Source: Acidobacteriota bacterium
Lineage (GTDB): Bacteria; Acidobacteriota; UBA6911; RPQK01; JADFOI01
Length of the DNA: 64,000 nt
Assembly: GCA_963663035.1 (NCBI GenBank)
Contig: OY760074.1
Location: forward strand, 214,358 to 278,357
Direction: 5' to 3'
The position numbers and the translations under genes were made by a program. The notes under the pieces were generated by a model that was given only the letters and a program-made list of their open reading frames with translations, made no database searches and was not told the DNA's origin. Positions 19,964 to 28,090 of this stretch are shown in pieces (position 1 is the first letter of the stretch; each line of letters begins with the position of its first letter).

Positions 19964-21602
19964 CCCGGATTATTCATAAATTCTGAAGAAGGGGTCTGAT
20001 CGAGGGCACAAAAAGATGCCGTACCTATTTGATATAAAAGGGGTTATGAAACAACTCCAAACCAAAAAGGTACGGCCCAGCGATGCATCAGTCTGCCAGA
20101 TCAACTTGCCATCTCACCCTGACAGAAAAGTGGTGGCTCGATTCGATGGAGGCCGGCTCTCCTCCGATGCCGGGCTGCTGTGTCTGTACGCCCTGGATCA
20201 ACAGCACGGACTGACGGCTGGCTTTGCCTCCTGCCTGAAGGACGCTCGAGATAGCCGCTACGTCCGCCACCAGATTCGCGAACTGCTCACCCAGCGCAGC
20301 TTTCAGATCGTGGCCGGCTATGAGGACTGCAACGATGCCGACAGCTTGCGCTCGGATCCCATCTTCAAGACCGTGTGTGATCGGCTGCCGGAAAGCGATC
20401 CGGATCTGGCTTCTCAACCCACGCTGTCGCGACTGGAGAACTCGGTGGACTCGAAGGATCTCACTCGCCTGGGACAGTGGCTGCTGGAGACCTACTTGAA
20501 GCACCGCAAGAAGAGCCGGCCCGAGAAGATCATCCTGGACATCGACAGCACGGATGACGTCACGCATGGGCAGCAGGAGTTCAGCTTTTACCACGGCTAT
20601 TATCGCGAGCACATGTATCATCCGCTGCTGCTATTCGATGGCGAGACGGGCGATCTGGTATGTGCGCTACTGCGGCCCGGCAACCAGGGGGCGGCCGCCC
20701 ACGCGGTGGCGGTTCTCAAACGGGTGGTGGCCCGGATGCGCCAGGTTCTGGGATCCGATGTTCCGATCGAAGTGCGAGCCGACAGTGGCTTTGCGACGCC
20801 GGCACTGTACGAGTTCTGTGAGGAGGAAAAACTGCAGTATGTGGTGGGCTTTGCCCGCAACTCCCGGCTGGCGGCCACCGTCGAGCCCTTGGTTGAGCAG
20901 GTGCAAGCAGACTATGACGACTCAGGAGAAAAGCAACGCCAGTTCACCGAGCTCGTCTATCAGGCCGACAGTTGGGACCGGGAGCGGCGCATGGTGGCCA
21001 AGGTGGAAGTGAGCGAGCGCGGGTTCAACCGTCGCTTTGTGGTCACCAACCGCCAGGATCTCACGGCCGGGCAGCTGTATGACCACTACATCGGACGGGG
21101 CCAGTGCGAGAACTTCGTGAAAGCTTTCAAAAAAGATCTGGCCATGGATCGCTTGAGCTGCCACCGTTTCCTGGCCAACCAGTTCCGACTCTTCATCCAC
21201 GCCCTGGCCTATGTCTTAATCCTGCGCCTGCGGGATTACCTGTGCGGGACTCCCTGGCACAACCTGGAGATTGAGACGCTCCGCCGCCGCCTGTTCAAAA
21301 TCGGTGCCCGGGTTCGGGAAACTTCTCGTCGCATCTGGGTGCACCTGGCATCGTCTTATCCCGAACAAAAGCTCTTCGCATTACTGATGCACCGTCTGTG
21401 TCCCACCTGACGGTCCCCTGACTCCCTGCGCCAACACAGATATACAGCCCCCTGCGGGCCGAGCTGTTTCCGGAAGGGGCTCTCGCTTCATCTCTATTCG
21501 GCTCAACAAGCTTGGACGCCTTGTAATCGCACCTGAACACACTCTCAGCCCTGAACTTCCGCAGAAAATCGACACTCACCCCAAACTTATGAATAATTGC
21601 GG
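19964..21602 (+). mobile_element. Insertion sequence, IS4-superfamily (best fit IS1380 family), copy 1, 1639 bp, flanked by CTAG/CTAG
   Basis: Imperfect terminal IRs CCCGGATTATTCATAAATT ... AACTTATGAATAATTGCGG (start with CC). Single 464-aa DDE transposase ORF. CTAG at 19960-19963 and 21603-21606. Identical to copy 2 apart from one synonymous SNP seen at 20027. Confidence 0.8.
20016..21410 (+). CDS. DDE transposase (IS4/IS1380-like)
   Basis: 464 aa. DSTD...RADSGF...Y(2)R(3)E(3)K (YIGRGQCENFVKAFK) DDE_Tnp_1-type signature. N-terminal PTLSRLEN motif. Confidence 0.85.
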   Translation: MPYLFDIKGVMKQLQTKKVRPSDASVCQINLPSHPDRKVVARFDGGRLSSDAGLLCLYALDQQHGLTAGFASCLKDARDSRYVRHQIRELLTQRSFQIVAGYEDCNDADSLRSDPIFKTVCDRLPESDPDLASQPTLSRLENSVDSKDLTRLGQWLLETYLKHRKKSRPEKIILDIDSTDDVTHGQQEFSFYHGYYREHMYHPLLLFDGETGDLVCALLRPGNQGAAAHAVAVLKRVVARMRQVLGSDVPIEVRADSGFATPALYEFCEEEKLQYVVGFARNSRLAATVEPLVEQVQADYDDSGEKQRQFTELVYQADSWDRERRMVAKVEVSERGFNRRFVVTNRQDLTAGQLYDHYIGRGQCENFVKAFKKDLAMDRLSCHRFLANQFRLFIHALAYVLILRLRDYLCGTPWHNLEIETLRRRLFKIGARVRETSRRIWVHLASSYPEQKLFALLMHRLCPT

Positions 21603-21616
21603 CTAGGAGGAACATA

Positions 21617-22204
21617 ATGGCTATTACAAATCGTATAAGACGACTTTTTCATGCCGATGTACACGCTGTTTTGGACATCATCGAGGAGCCCGAAGCAATT
21701 CTGAAGCAGGCGATTCGAGAGATGCAGGAGGCTCTTGACTTGAAGAGAGCCCGGCTGGCCAGGGACCAAAGGAACCTGGCCTCGCTGAAAGGGGCCGAGA
21801 CCTATTCCAACGAGCAGCTGGCAAAGGTTCAGAAAGATGTGAAGCTTTGCTTGAGGCAAGGCTCTGAGGACCTGGCCCGCAAGACGGTGGGGCGTAAGCT
21901 TGCCCTGGAGAAACATGTGGCAGTTGTAAAGCAGCGCATCTCGGCCGGGGAGAAACTCCACCAGAAGAACAAGCAGGAGATTGATCTTCAGCAGGGCCAA
22001 CTCGAGTCGATAGTCGAAAAGGCCAAACTGTTTGTGCCGACGGCAGCGGAGGACTCAGTCTTCTCTGTTGCCGAGTCCATTCTCACCAGCGCTGAGCGGG
22101 GTGCCGGTCGAGGCTATCCCGGCGGCATGCAGGTGAGTGAGGAGGAAATCGAACTGGAATGGATACGCATTCGCGACGGTCTCGACAAGGGAGGTGCCTC
22201 ATGA
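21617..22204 (+). CDS. pspA: PspA/IM30-family protein
   Basis: 195 aa. N-terminus RIRRLFHADVHAVLDIIEEPEAILKQAIREMQEAL matches the PspA/Vipp1 N-terminal helix, with a coiled-coil body. The RBS GGAGG begins with the last G of the IS right-flank CTAG. Confidence 0.8.
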   Translation: MAITNRIRRLFHADVHAVLDIIEEPEAILKQAIREMQEALDLKRARLARDQRNLASLKGAETYSNEQLAKVQKDVKLCLRQGSEDLARKTVGRKLALEKHVAVVKQRISAGEKLHQKNKQEIDLQQGQLESIVEKAKLFVPTAAEDSVFSVAESILTSAERGAGRGYPGGMQVSEEEIELEWIRIRDGLDKGGAS

Positions 22205-22782
22205 AGCGACCCACCATCTTTGCGGGAATCGCTTTCGCTTTTGTGGTTGCTGTCTTCACGGTGCCGGTATGGTGGGGGGGCAAAACAGCCCTGCCTTTTT
22301 CACTGGCCTTCCGTTTGATCACACTGAGTGGCTATCTCGCCTATTGCTTCTATTTGTTGAGGACGGCCAAAACCCGCGTGGGGGCGCTCACCCTGGCCAC
22401 TGCCAATCTGGTGACCGCGCTGGCGCTCTCATTCCTGCCTCTTACCAACTCGATGATGGTCGGGGCACTGGTGGTCATGATCAGTCTGAACCGTTCACTG
22501 CTCTTTCAACGCAGTCTGATGGCCATTGCTCTTGATGGTCTGGTGTCGGGAGCAGGATTGATGTTTGCCGGGTATCTCTTCACCAAAACGGGAAGCGTGC
22601 CCGCGGCAATGTGGAGTTTCTTTCTGCTGCAGTCGGTATTCGTGCTGATTCCGCCGCGATCATGGGGAGAGGCCGGCCTCTTCTCAGCCGATGAAAGCGG
22701 GGACACAGTGGATGTTTTCGTTCACCCCCAACGGCAGGCAGAGGCGGCGCTGGAGCGGATTGTCCAGGAGGGCGTGGGGTGA
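22201..22782 (+). CDS. Integral membrane protein co-transcribed with pspA (hypothetical)
   Basis: ATGA overlap with the pspA stop. 4-5 predicted TM helices (MKRPTIFAGIAFAFVVAVFTVPVWW...). Confidence 0.5.
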   Translation: MKRPTIFAGIAFAFVVAVFTVPVWWGGKTALPFSLAFRLITLSGYLAYCFYLLRTAKTRVGALTLATANLVTALALSFLPLTNSMMVGALVVMISLNRSLLFQRSLMAIALDGLVSGAGLMFAGYLFTKTGSVPAAMWSFFLLQSVFVLIPPRSWGEAGLFSADESGDTVDVFVHPQRQAEAALERIVQEGVG

Positions 22783-22800
22783 AAAGGGTTTGAAGATTGG

Positions 22801-22820
22801 GAGCGGCCAGGGGGCCGCTC
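22801..22820. terminator. GC-rich hairpin between convergent genes
   Basis: GAGCGGCC-AGGG-GGCCGCTC, an 8-bp stem with no clear U-tract. Candidate bidirectional terminator. Confidence 0.3.
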
Positions 22821-22884
22821 CCTTCGGCACCTGAGGTGTCTCCCACGTTCCCGAAGGACCCTTTATACCTCCCACGTTCCCCCT

Positions 22885-23988
22885 CTACAGGCCCAGCATG
22901 GTTTCGTCTGCCAACATGTCGACGACCGCTTCAAAGCTCTCCGTTTCCTCGTATTTCCTCAGTTGTCGATCGGCGCTTGTCCCTTCCTTGAGGATGGTTC
23001 GGATGTAGGCTACTTCTTCGTGTATGTCCAACTGGTCCAGGACGTCGCCCAGTATTTCCAACAGTTCTTCCAGCAGAGAACGAAGGGGCACTTCTTTTTC
23101 CTTCCCCCAATCCAACAAGTCCCCATCGATTCCCGCCTTGGCTGCCCGCCATTTGTTTTCCGCGACCAGGGCCCGGCGGTAACGGCGCCAGCTCTGATTG
23201 TTTTCCCGCAACTGAATCAGCTTTGCGACCATGGCTTGTAGGAGAGCGGCAATGGCAATGACTTCGTCTATCTTGGTCGTGCAGTCGCAGATTCTGAACT
23301 CCAGGGTCGGAAACTTGGGATGAGGGCGAATGTCCCACCAAATTTTAGTCGGCTCGTCTATGCAGTGGGTCTTGATCAGGGTTTGGACAAACTCATCATA
23401 TTCTGTGGCAGAATCAAAGTACTCGGGGAGACCAGTTCGCGGAAGATCTTCAAAAATAACACTTCTATAGGATTTCAAGCCGGTGTTGCGTCCCAGCCAA
23501 AAAGGAGAGGAGGTGGACAGACTCAGAATGTGAGGCATGAAGTAGGTAATTTGATTCATGACGTCAATGCGTAAGTCCTCATCGGGGATGCCGATATGTA
23601 CATGCATTCCGAAGACTAACAGGCGGCGGGCAACATCCTGCAGGTCTCCTTCTAAAACCCTATAGCGAGCCTTATTGGTAATGACCTGATCTTCCCAGCG
23701 AGAAAAAGGGTGAGTGCCAGCTGCCACAAACCTGCGGTTGTGACCGTCGGCGATCTCCCCAACCAGGCTGCGAAGTTGCTTGACCTCTTTGCGAAGTTCC
23801 TTGACGTTTTGGCACACCAGGCTTCCGGTCTCAATCTGAGATTGGAGAAACTCCGGTTTGACTTGATCCCTGAAAAGCGTGGCCTTCCCTTTCAAGAATT
23901 CAGAGATGTAAGAAGTCAACTCCCGGGTCTGGGGGTCAATAATTTGATATTCTTCTTCGATTCCAATGGTTAGGTCGGCAAGATCCAT
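22885..23988 (-). CDS. ybdK: YbdK-type carboxylate-amine ligase (glutamate-cysteine ligase family 2)
   Basis: Start MDLADLTIGIEEEYQIIDP (ATG at 23988), characteristic GCS2 N-terminus. The ORF-track extension to 24336 is regarded as spurious. Confidence 0.7.
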   Translation of the reverse strand: MDLADLTIGIEEEYQIIDPQTRELTSYISEFLKGKATLFRDQVKPEFLQSQIETGSLVCQNVKELRKEVKQLRSLVGEIADGHNRRFVAAGTHPFSRWEDQVITNKARYRVLEGDLQDVARRLLVFGMHVHIGIPDEDLRIDVMNQITYFMPHILSLSTSSPFWLGRNTGLKSYRSVIFEDLPRTGLPEYFDSATEYDEFVQTLIKTHCIDEPTKIWWDIRPHPKFPTLEFRICDCTTKIDEVIAIAALLQAMVAKLIQLRENNQSWRRYRRALVAENKWRAAKAGIDGDLLDWGKEKEVPLRSLLEELLEILGDVLDQLDIHEEVAYIRTILKEGTSADRQLRKYEETESFEAVVDMLADETMLGL

Positions 23989-24019
23989 GAACACCCCTTG
24001 GACTAACGGACGCGAAGTA

Positions 24020-25300
24020 GTGAAGAACAGTATAGCGTACTCTAATAAAGTTCTCCTGATCGTCTTCGGTTCCCTGTTGTTGCTCGGTTGCGGTGCGCCA
24101 ACTGAATCGGCAGATCTTATCCTCACCAATGCCCGTGTGATCGATGGGACGGGAGTCGTCCATGATTCTGCCATTATCGCCATCACGGGGACACGCATCC
24201 AAAGCATTACCAGCGGCCAAAAGCGGTTCAACGCCCGTGAGAGGATCGACGTCCAGGGTAAAACGGTGCTGCCTGGGCTGATCAATACCCATGTCCATTT
24301 AAGACCTGCCGGGCTGGTCGATGAGGAGACGCTCACCGAGTATCTCAGGAATGGATTTTTGGTGGACCTGCAGGACTACCTGGCGCATGGCGTCACCACT
24401 CTCAAATCCGCCGGGGATCCCGCTGAGCTCTTGATCCAGGTCAGAGAGCGTCTTGCACGAGGTGAGATTCGGGGCCCTCGACTCTTTCTGGCCGGCCCTC
24501 CACTGACGGCAGTGGGAGGACATCCTGCCGCTACGCTCTTCGCGGAGAATCCCTGGCTGCGTGACCGACATGTTAAAGAACTGACCTCTGAAGAGGAGGC
24601 CCGAGCTGCCGTGCGTCAGTTGGCCGGGGCAGGTGTAGACGCCATCAAGTTTGTCTATCAGGGGAGTACCGATAAGAGCCAACCCTATCTGTTTCGGCCC
24701 GGTCTTCCACTCCGCAAAATGACTCCGCAGATGATGGAAGCGATCATCGATGAAGGTCATCTCCATCAGCTTCCTGTTACAGCTCACACCAATGATCTGG
24801 AGGATGCCCTGGCGGTACTGGAAGCGGGAAGTGATGGTTTAGAGCATGGTGTCACCCGCATGCGACTCGAGGACGAGAAGCTGGGCTCCCTTTTGCGAGA
24901 GCGTCAGGCATCCTATGTGCCCACCCTCCGTTTGCCTGACAGGCGCCGACCCGAGGACCTGGAGACGGCCCAGGCCAATCTGAGACAGGTTGCTCAGGCC
25001 GGTGGCCGCGTTGTTCTTGGAACCGATGGAATCCCTTCGGATGGTGGTTCGGGCCTGGATACTCTCAAGGAACTGGAACTGATGGTCCAGGCGGGCATGA
25101 CTCCACAGCAGGTGATTCAGGCGGCCACCAGCAATGCCGCCCGGCACCTGGGAAAGCTGGGTGAGCTGGGAACTCTGGAGCCAGGCGCCCTGGCCGATCT
25201 CATCATCGTGGAGGGTGATCCTCTGACGGATATTACGACGCTGCACAACATTGAGGTCGTCATAAAAGGTGGAGAAATTGTGGTGGATAATCGGAGATGA
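24020..25300 (+). CDS. Amidohydrolase-family metal-dependent hydrolase, probable lipoprotein
   Basis: Start chosen at GTG 24020 (VKNSIAYSNKVLLIVFGSLLLLGC gives signal plus lipobox). LPGLINTHVHL and later HTNDLEDAL metal-ligand motifs of the amidohydrolase superfamily. Confidence 0.6.
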   Translation: MKNSIAYSNKVLLIVFGSLLLLGCGAPTESADLILTNARVIDGTGVVHDSAIIAITGTRIQSITSGQKRFNARERIDVQGKTVLPGLINTHVHLRPAGLVDEETLTEYLRNGFLVDLQDYLAHGVTTLKSAGDPAELLIQVRERLARGEIRGPRLFLAGPPLTAVGGHPAATLFAENPWLRDRHVKELTSEEEARAAVRQLAGAGVDAIKFVYQGSTDKSQPYLFRPGLPLRKMTPQMMEAIIDEGHLHQLPVTAHTNDLEDALAVLEAGSDGLEHGVTRMRLEDEKLGSLLRERQASYVPTLRLPDRRRPEDLETAQANLRQVAQAGGRVVLGTDGIPSDGGSGLDTLKELELMVQAGMTPQQVIQAATSNAARHLGKLGELGTLEPGALADLIIVEGDPLTDITTLHNIEVVIKGGEIVVDNRR

Positions 25301-25303
25301 AAA

Positions 25304-25627
25304 ATGGTGACCCTCGAAGACTTTCAGAAATTAGAGATCCGGATCGGCAAGGTCCTCTCCGTAGAGAAAGTTGCTGGCGCGGATAAGCTGCTGAAATTCA
25401 TCTTTGACTTCGGCAGCGAACAAAGGCAAATCATCGCTGGAATGGCGACTTTCTTCCCGGAACCCTCGAGCTTGGAGGGAAAAGAAATGCCGGTCTTGCT
25501 CAATATTGAACCCAGGACCTTCAGGGGTGAGGTGAGCCACGGAATGATTATTGCAGCAGACGTTGATGGACATCCGGTTCTGCTGCATCCGGAAAGAGAA
25601 GTGGAACCGGGTAGTAGGGTTCTGTAG
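25304..25627 (+). CDS. tRNA-binding domain protein (CsaA/EMAP-II-like)
   Basis: 107 aa. LEIRIGKVLSVEKVAGADKLLKFIFDFG is the OB-fold tRNA-binding domain signature. Confidence 0.75.
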   Translation: MVTLEDFQKLEIRIGKVLSVEKVAGADKLLKFIFDFGSEQRQIIAGMATFFPEPSSLEGKEMPVLLNIEPRTFRGEVSHGMIIAADVDGHPVLLHPEREVEPGSRVL

Positions 25628-25653
25628 CCGGGACTATGCATAATCCCGGCTAG
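25624..25653. repeat. Solo IR-IR palindrome of MITE family A (minimal element or excision footprint)
   Basis: GTAGCCGGGACTATGCATAATCCCGGCTAG consists of two abutted MITE-A terminal repeats. The left flank GTAG contains the TAG stop of the tRNA-binding gene. The right flank is CTAG. Confidence 0.5.
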
Positions 25654-25670
25654 GAGGGAGCGAGCTCCCC

Positions 25671-26174
25671 TCACCGCCTGCCGCCGCCCTGGCCCTGACC
25701 TGGGCGCTGACCTCGACCCTGGCCTTGACCGCGGCCTGGGCGCTGGCCTTGACCATCACCCTGCCGTTGGCCCTGGCGCATGTTCGGTCGCCCTCCCTGC
25801 AGTTCTCGGTACTGTGTCATCTGCTCGTCACTGAGAATGGTGGCGAGTTTCTGGTTGGTCTCCTCTTGCAATTCTGCTCGCTCGTTTCGAAGAGCCTCCA
25901 TGGTTTCCTGGGAGCGTGACTGATCCTGGTACTGCTCCCGAAGCGCCTGCAGCTTTTCACGGCTCTCTTCAAAGATAGGCCGGATATCTTTCGCCTGTGG
26001 GTCCGTTAGGGCCAGTCGCTCCTTGAACCGCTCGAACTGTTCTTCAGGGTTTCGGTCACCCTGGGGAGATCCCATGGGTCGCTGTGCATAGGCAGACCAA
26101 CCCATGATCATAGCGAAGGCGATTGAGATGATCATCAGGGTTTTCACGATTCGTCTTTCCAAGGTTACTGTCAT
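25671..26174 (-). CDS. Spy/CpxP-family periplasmic protein (LTXXQ motifs)
   Basis: Start MTVTLERRIVKTLMIISIAFAMIMGWSAYAQ (signal peptide). Two LTxxQ-like motifs (LTDPQ, LSDEQ). Gly/Gln/Arg-rich tail. Confidence 0.6.
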   Translation of the reverse strand: MTVTLERRIVKTLMIISIAFAMIMGWSAYAQRPMGSPQGDRNPEEQFERFKERLALTDPQAKDIRPIFEESREKLQALREQYQDQSRSQETMEALRNERAELQEETNQKLATILSDEQMTQYRELQGGRPNMRQGQRQGDGQGQRPGRGQGQGRGQRPGQGQGGGRR

Positions 26175-26249
26175 GGTGTTACTCCATCTTGTTTGCTGCA
26201 CATTAAGTGTTGAAGTTCACTGGTTAAGACGAAGGACGGACGAAAATGT

Positions 26250-26279
26250 GTGTAAAGAATTTGTAAGGATTTGTAAAGC
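26250..26279. promoter_or_regulatory. Triple direct repeat GTAAA-N6-GTAAG-N5-GTAAA upstream of the Spy/CpxP-like gene
   Basis: TGTAAAGAATTTGTAAGGATTTGTAAAG lies 76-105 nt upstream of the start. Read in gene orientation it is TTTAC-N5-CTTAC-N5-CTTTAC. Confidence 0.35.
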
Positions 26280-26293
26280 CGAGAAAGGGGGTT

Positions 26294-26494
26294 AACCCGC
26301 ACTTCTCACACCCGCTCTACTGCAGCGGCGCAATGATCCGCCCTGACTTTGTTGCGCGACCCGCAAGCGGGTACCCCTCGCGCGCCAGTCGGAGCCGCAG
26401 GCTTTAGCCTGCGGGCCCGTGGGCTAAAGCCCACGGCTCTGTTTTCCGGTCCTTCCGCCGCTTCGCGACGACCTGGTGTGAGAAATGCGGGTCA
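26294..26494. mobile_element. MITE family B (chimeric)
   Basis: Terminal IRs AACCCGCACTTCTCACACC ... GGTGTGAGAAATGCGGGTCAA (19 bp, 1 mismatch). Internally carries the GCGACCCGCAAGCGGGTACCCC module of MITE-A and both REP-A hairpins (GCAGGCTTTAGCCTGC, GTGGGCTAAAGCCCAC). Confidence 0.55.
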
Positions 26495-28090
26495 ATAGGG
26501 GGACAGAGCAGACCGTACCCATTTCTTTTGTCCCTTTTTTCCCCGCCAGCGCCAGCCTAGAATGCCGGCATACAGAATCAGGGAAACAACTGAGATCCAC
26601 TTCCCGATGCGAAAGCCTGCCGGCGCATACTCGATGCGAAGATGATGATTTCCCGCACCCAGGGGAACGGCTCGCAAGATGTAGTTGGCGGGCAGAAGGT
26701 CGTAATTCTGTTGAACGCTGCCGGGAAGGGCCACTGCTCGCCAGCCCTTGCTGTAGCTGTCCGTAATCAGCAAGATGGCGGGAGCCGGAAGGCGGGCTTC
26801 CACAACCAGATAATCCGTGCCCTCCTCGGTAATGGTGGCGGTACCAGGCCGGTCAGTTTTGACGGGAGCCGGGACAGGAGCAGTTTCCAGAATGACCTGT
26901 TGCCGAGGGTCGAAAGAGGAGTTGCTCATGGTGGCAAAGATGCGGCCGCGCTCCTGAATGAGCACCCAGTCCTGGATCAATTCCAGCCGCGACAGGGGCG
27001 AGGGGATCTCCTCGAAGCCCTGTCTGCCGCCCTCTGAGAAAAATACATAACGACCTCGCAGCATCCCGAAGAGGGGATGGATGCGCGACAGTTCCAGATA
27101 CTGACTAGCGGTCTGAGGGTTCTGGCCCTGGGTAAATGTCATGAACTCGGCATAGCGCTTGAGCACGCCGGGATCATGTCCCCATAGGTCCTGGGCACCT
27201 GTGCTGAGGGCACTGTTCGGGTTGGGGGGCAGTGAAACACGATAATCACCCGGATTGGCTTCGTAGAATTGCTGTATAAGAGGAAGCCGTGTCGTTTCCA
27301 GATCAAAGGTCGGTCTGTTGGCTGTGGCAAAGATAAACATCTCCAAGGCGGCAAGCAACGGTACGAGATACACGGCTCTGGGAGCCACCCGTGTGCGCCG
27401 CAGCAGCAGACTAAAGAGCAGGCATGAAGCGCTGCAAAGGAGCACACCCTTTGCAGTAAACACGCCTGCACCGTTGACAAAGGCTTGGTCTTGATAGCTA
27501 CCCAGTGGCAGATAGGACTCCCCAGTGGCGGCCACCGCTGACATGAGGGATCCCCACGTCCCGCTGAACCCGGAAGCTGCCGAAAGGTATATCCACAGGC
27601 CCACAGCACCCACCGCCAGTCCTGCGAATGACAGTAGCTTTGCCAGACGTTGACGCCAGGGAGGATCGTGCAGGAGATTGTCCAGGCCAATGGCGGAGAG
27701 CATGACGCTGAACATGGCTACCAGAAAAATGAACTTTGAATTGCCCCGAAACATGTCGAATCCCGGTACGGACCTGTAAAGCAGATTGAAGAGGGGTGTG
27801 TAAGTCCCCAGAGCAAGAACCGATAAAATCAGCGTCATGGAGACCGAAGACAGCCGCAGTTTCCGGCTGCCCCGCACAGCTCCCGACACTGCCAGGACAA
27901 AACCAGTCACACCTATGAACAGCGACATCTCCCACAGATACCACCGTCCCCAGTAACTGCTCATGCCGCCGAAGAATCCTGGGACCAGGAGGGTGAGAAA
28001 GTTCTCTGGCGGGAAGGAGAACATGGCCGCAAACGCATAGGATGTTCCGCTGCTGCGTACACTCTCGCCGGCTGCCTCCAGGCCAGCTAG
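26492..28090 (-). pseudogene. YfhO-family membrane protein gene, C-terminal part, split by IS copy 2
   Basis: Polytopic C-terminal region. It continues in frame with the N-terminal part at 29730-30432 if the IS and one CTAG are removed. Confidence 0.6.

Noticed and set aside
19960-21606. CTAG as part of the IS terminal repeat rather than a target-site duplication
   Set aside because: Removing the IS without retaining one CTAG breaks the yfhO reading frame, while retaining a single CTAG restores it. At copy 1 the CTAGs provide the host stop codon and RBS. Both observations favour a 4-bp duplication of a CTAG target.
23989-24336. N-terminal extension of the YbdK-like ORF to 24336 (483 aa)
   Set aside because: The extension runs antisense through the start of the amidohydrolase gene. 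The conserved GCS2 N-terminus begins at the internal ATG at 23988, which has a purine-rich stretch upstream.
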